DNA of 64,000 nucleotides from Takakia lepidozioides (Eukaryota; Plantae; Bryophyta): NCBI GenBank assembly GCA_030704615.1, contig CM060734.1, positions 28,086,001 to 28,150,000 of the forward strand, read 5' to 3'. Shown piece by piece: positions 63,526 to 64,000 of this stretch (position 1 is its first letter; each line of letters starts with the position of its first letter). The notes under the pieces were generated by a model. It saw only the letters and a program-made list of their open reading frames with translations, ran no database searches and was not told where the DNA came from. The position numbers and the translations under genes were made by a program.

Positions 63526-64000
63526 GTGCCCTGGAGTGTTGTGAGGAATTGCAGCGTTAGCTTGAACTTTTTCCAGCCACCGCGCTGCTCCTCCTCCATC
63601 CGGGAGCTGTCATTGAGCGTACTCCGCTACTCTTTTTCAAGGATGCCGTGCCGCGAAATCCAGCCGACTGCCCTTATCATGGCCACGATTATGCTATGTT
63701 CAAACCAGAATCAGGAGACATCATTGTCTGGCTCTCTGTTTTCACAGACGCTGCTGGAATCAAGCAAGAGTCTTTGCGCGCAATGGAGTATCTGGAGGGC
63801 TATTACCGCTTGAGCGAGGTGAGGGCGAGGGTCAATGCGGTCCGTGGGTCCTGAAAATTGTTGACCTCGATATACCAAGCTGGAAAGGGATGCCGGACAG
63901 ATCACGCACGGCCTCGCTTTGGCGCTGGATCTGCTGCCAGTGGACCAGGGAGGACGGCACGGGGAAAACTATATACGTGCAGATCACTCCGCTCTTCCAG
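63526..64000 (+). pseudogene. Frameshifted paralog of 62553..63365, running off the window
   Basis: VLRYSFSRMPC / NPADCPYHGHDYAMFKPESGDIIVW...ESLRAMEYLEGYY aligns with VLRSSFARMPCFRNRDDYPFGGIDYAMYSATSGDIVIW...ETLVAFEYIVGHY. Confidence 0.55.

Overview
Eukaryotic, repeat-rich DNA, almost certainly from a plant. A non-flowering lineage such as a bryophyte is likely, but that is inference from the transposon families present. From left to right: (1) a minus-strand Ty3/Gypsy gag remnant; (2) a ~95-bp satellite built on a 30-bp palindrome, with a non-autonomous LTR element inserted in it (4324-7964, TSD AGTTC); (3) a decayed Helitron-type PIF1 helicase fused to an AP-like endonuclease; (4) a spliced SEN1/UPF1-like SF1 helicase gene on the minus strand (~14972-23255) whose Walker A and B motifs are encoded by microexons, enclosed by a diverged inverted repeat; (5) a ~35-kb nest of LTR retrotransposons; (6) a head-to-head pair of orphan paralogs at the right end. 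The main result is three copies of a Ty3/Gypsy family with the order gag-PR-[DNMT3-like cytosine methyltransferase]-RT-RH-INT-[PHD finger]. Their 3' ends have an unusual structure (85-bp repeat, spacer, 85-bp repeat) and no matching 5' LTR is visible. The methyltransferase is broken in a different way in each copy, one of them by a young Galadriel-like chromovirus (50973-57930, TSD TGCCT). All alignments and counts were made by eye.
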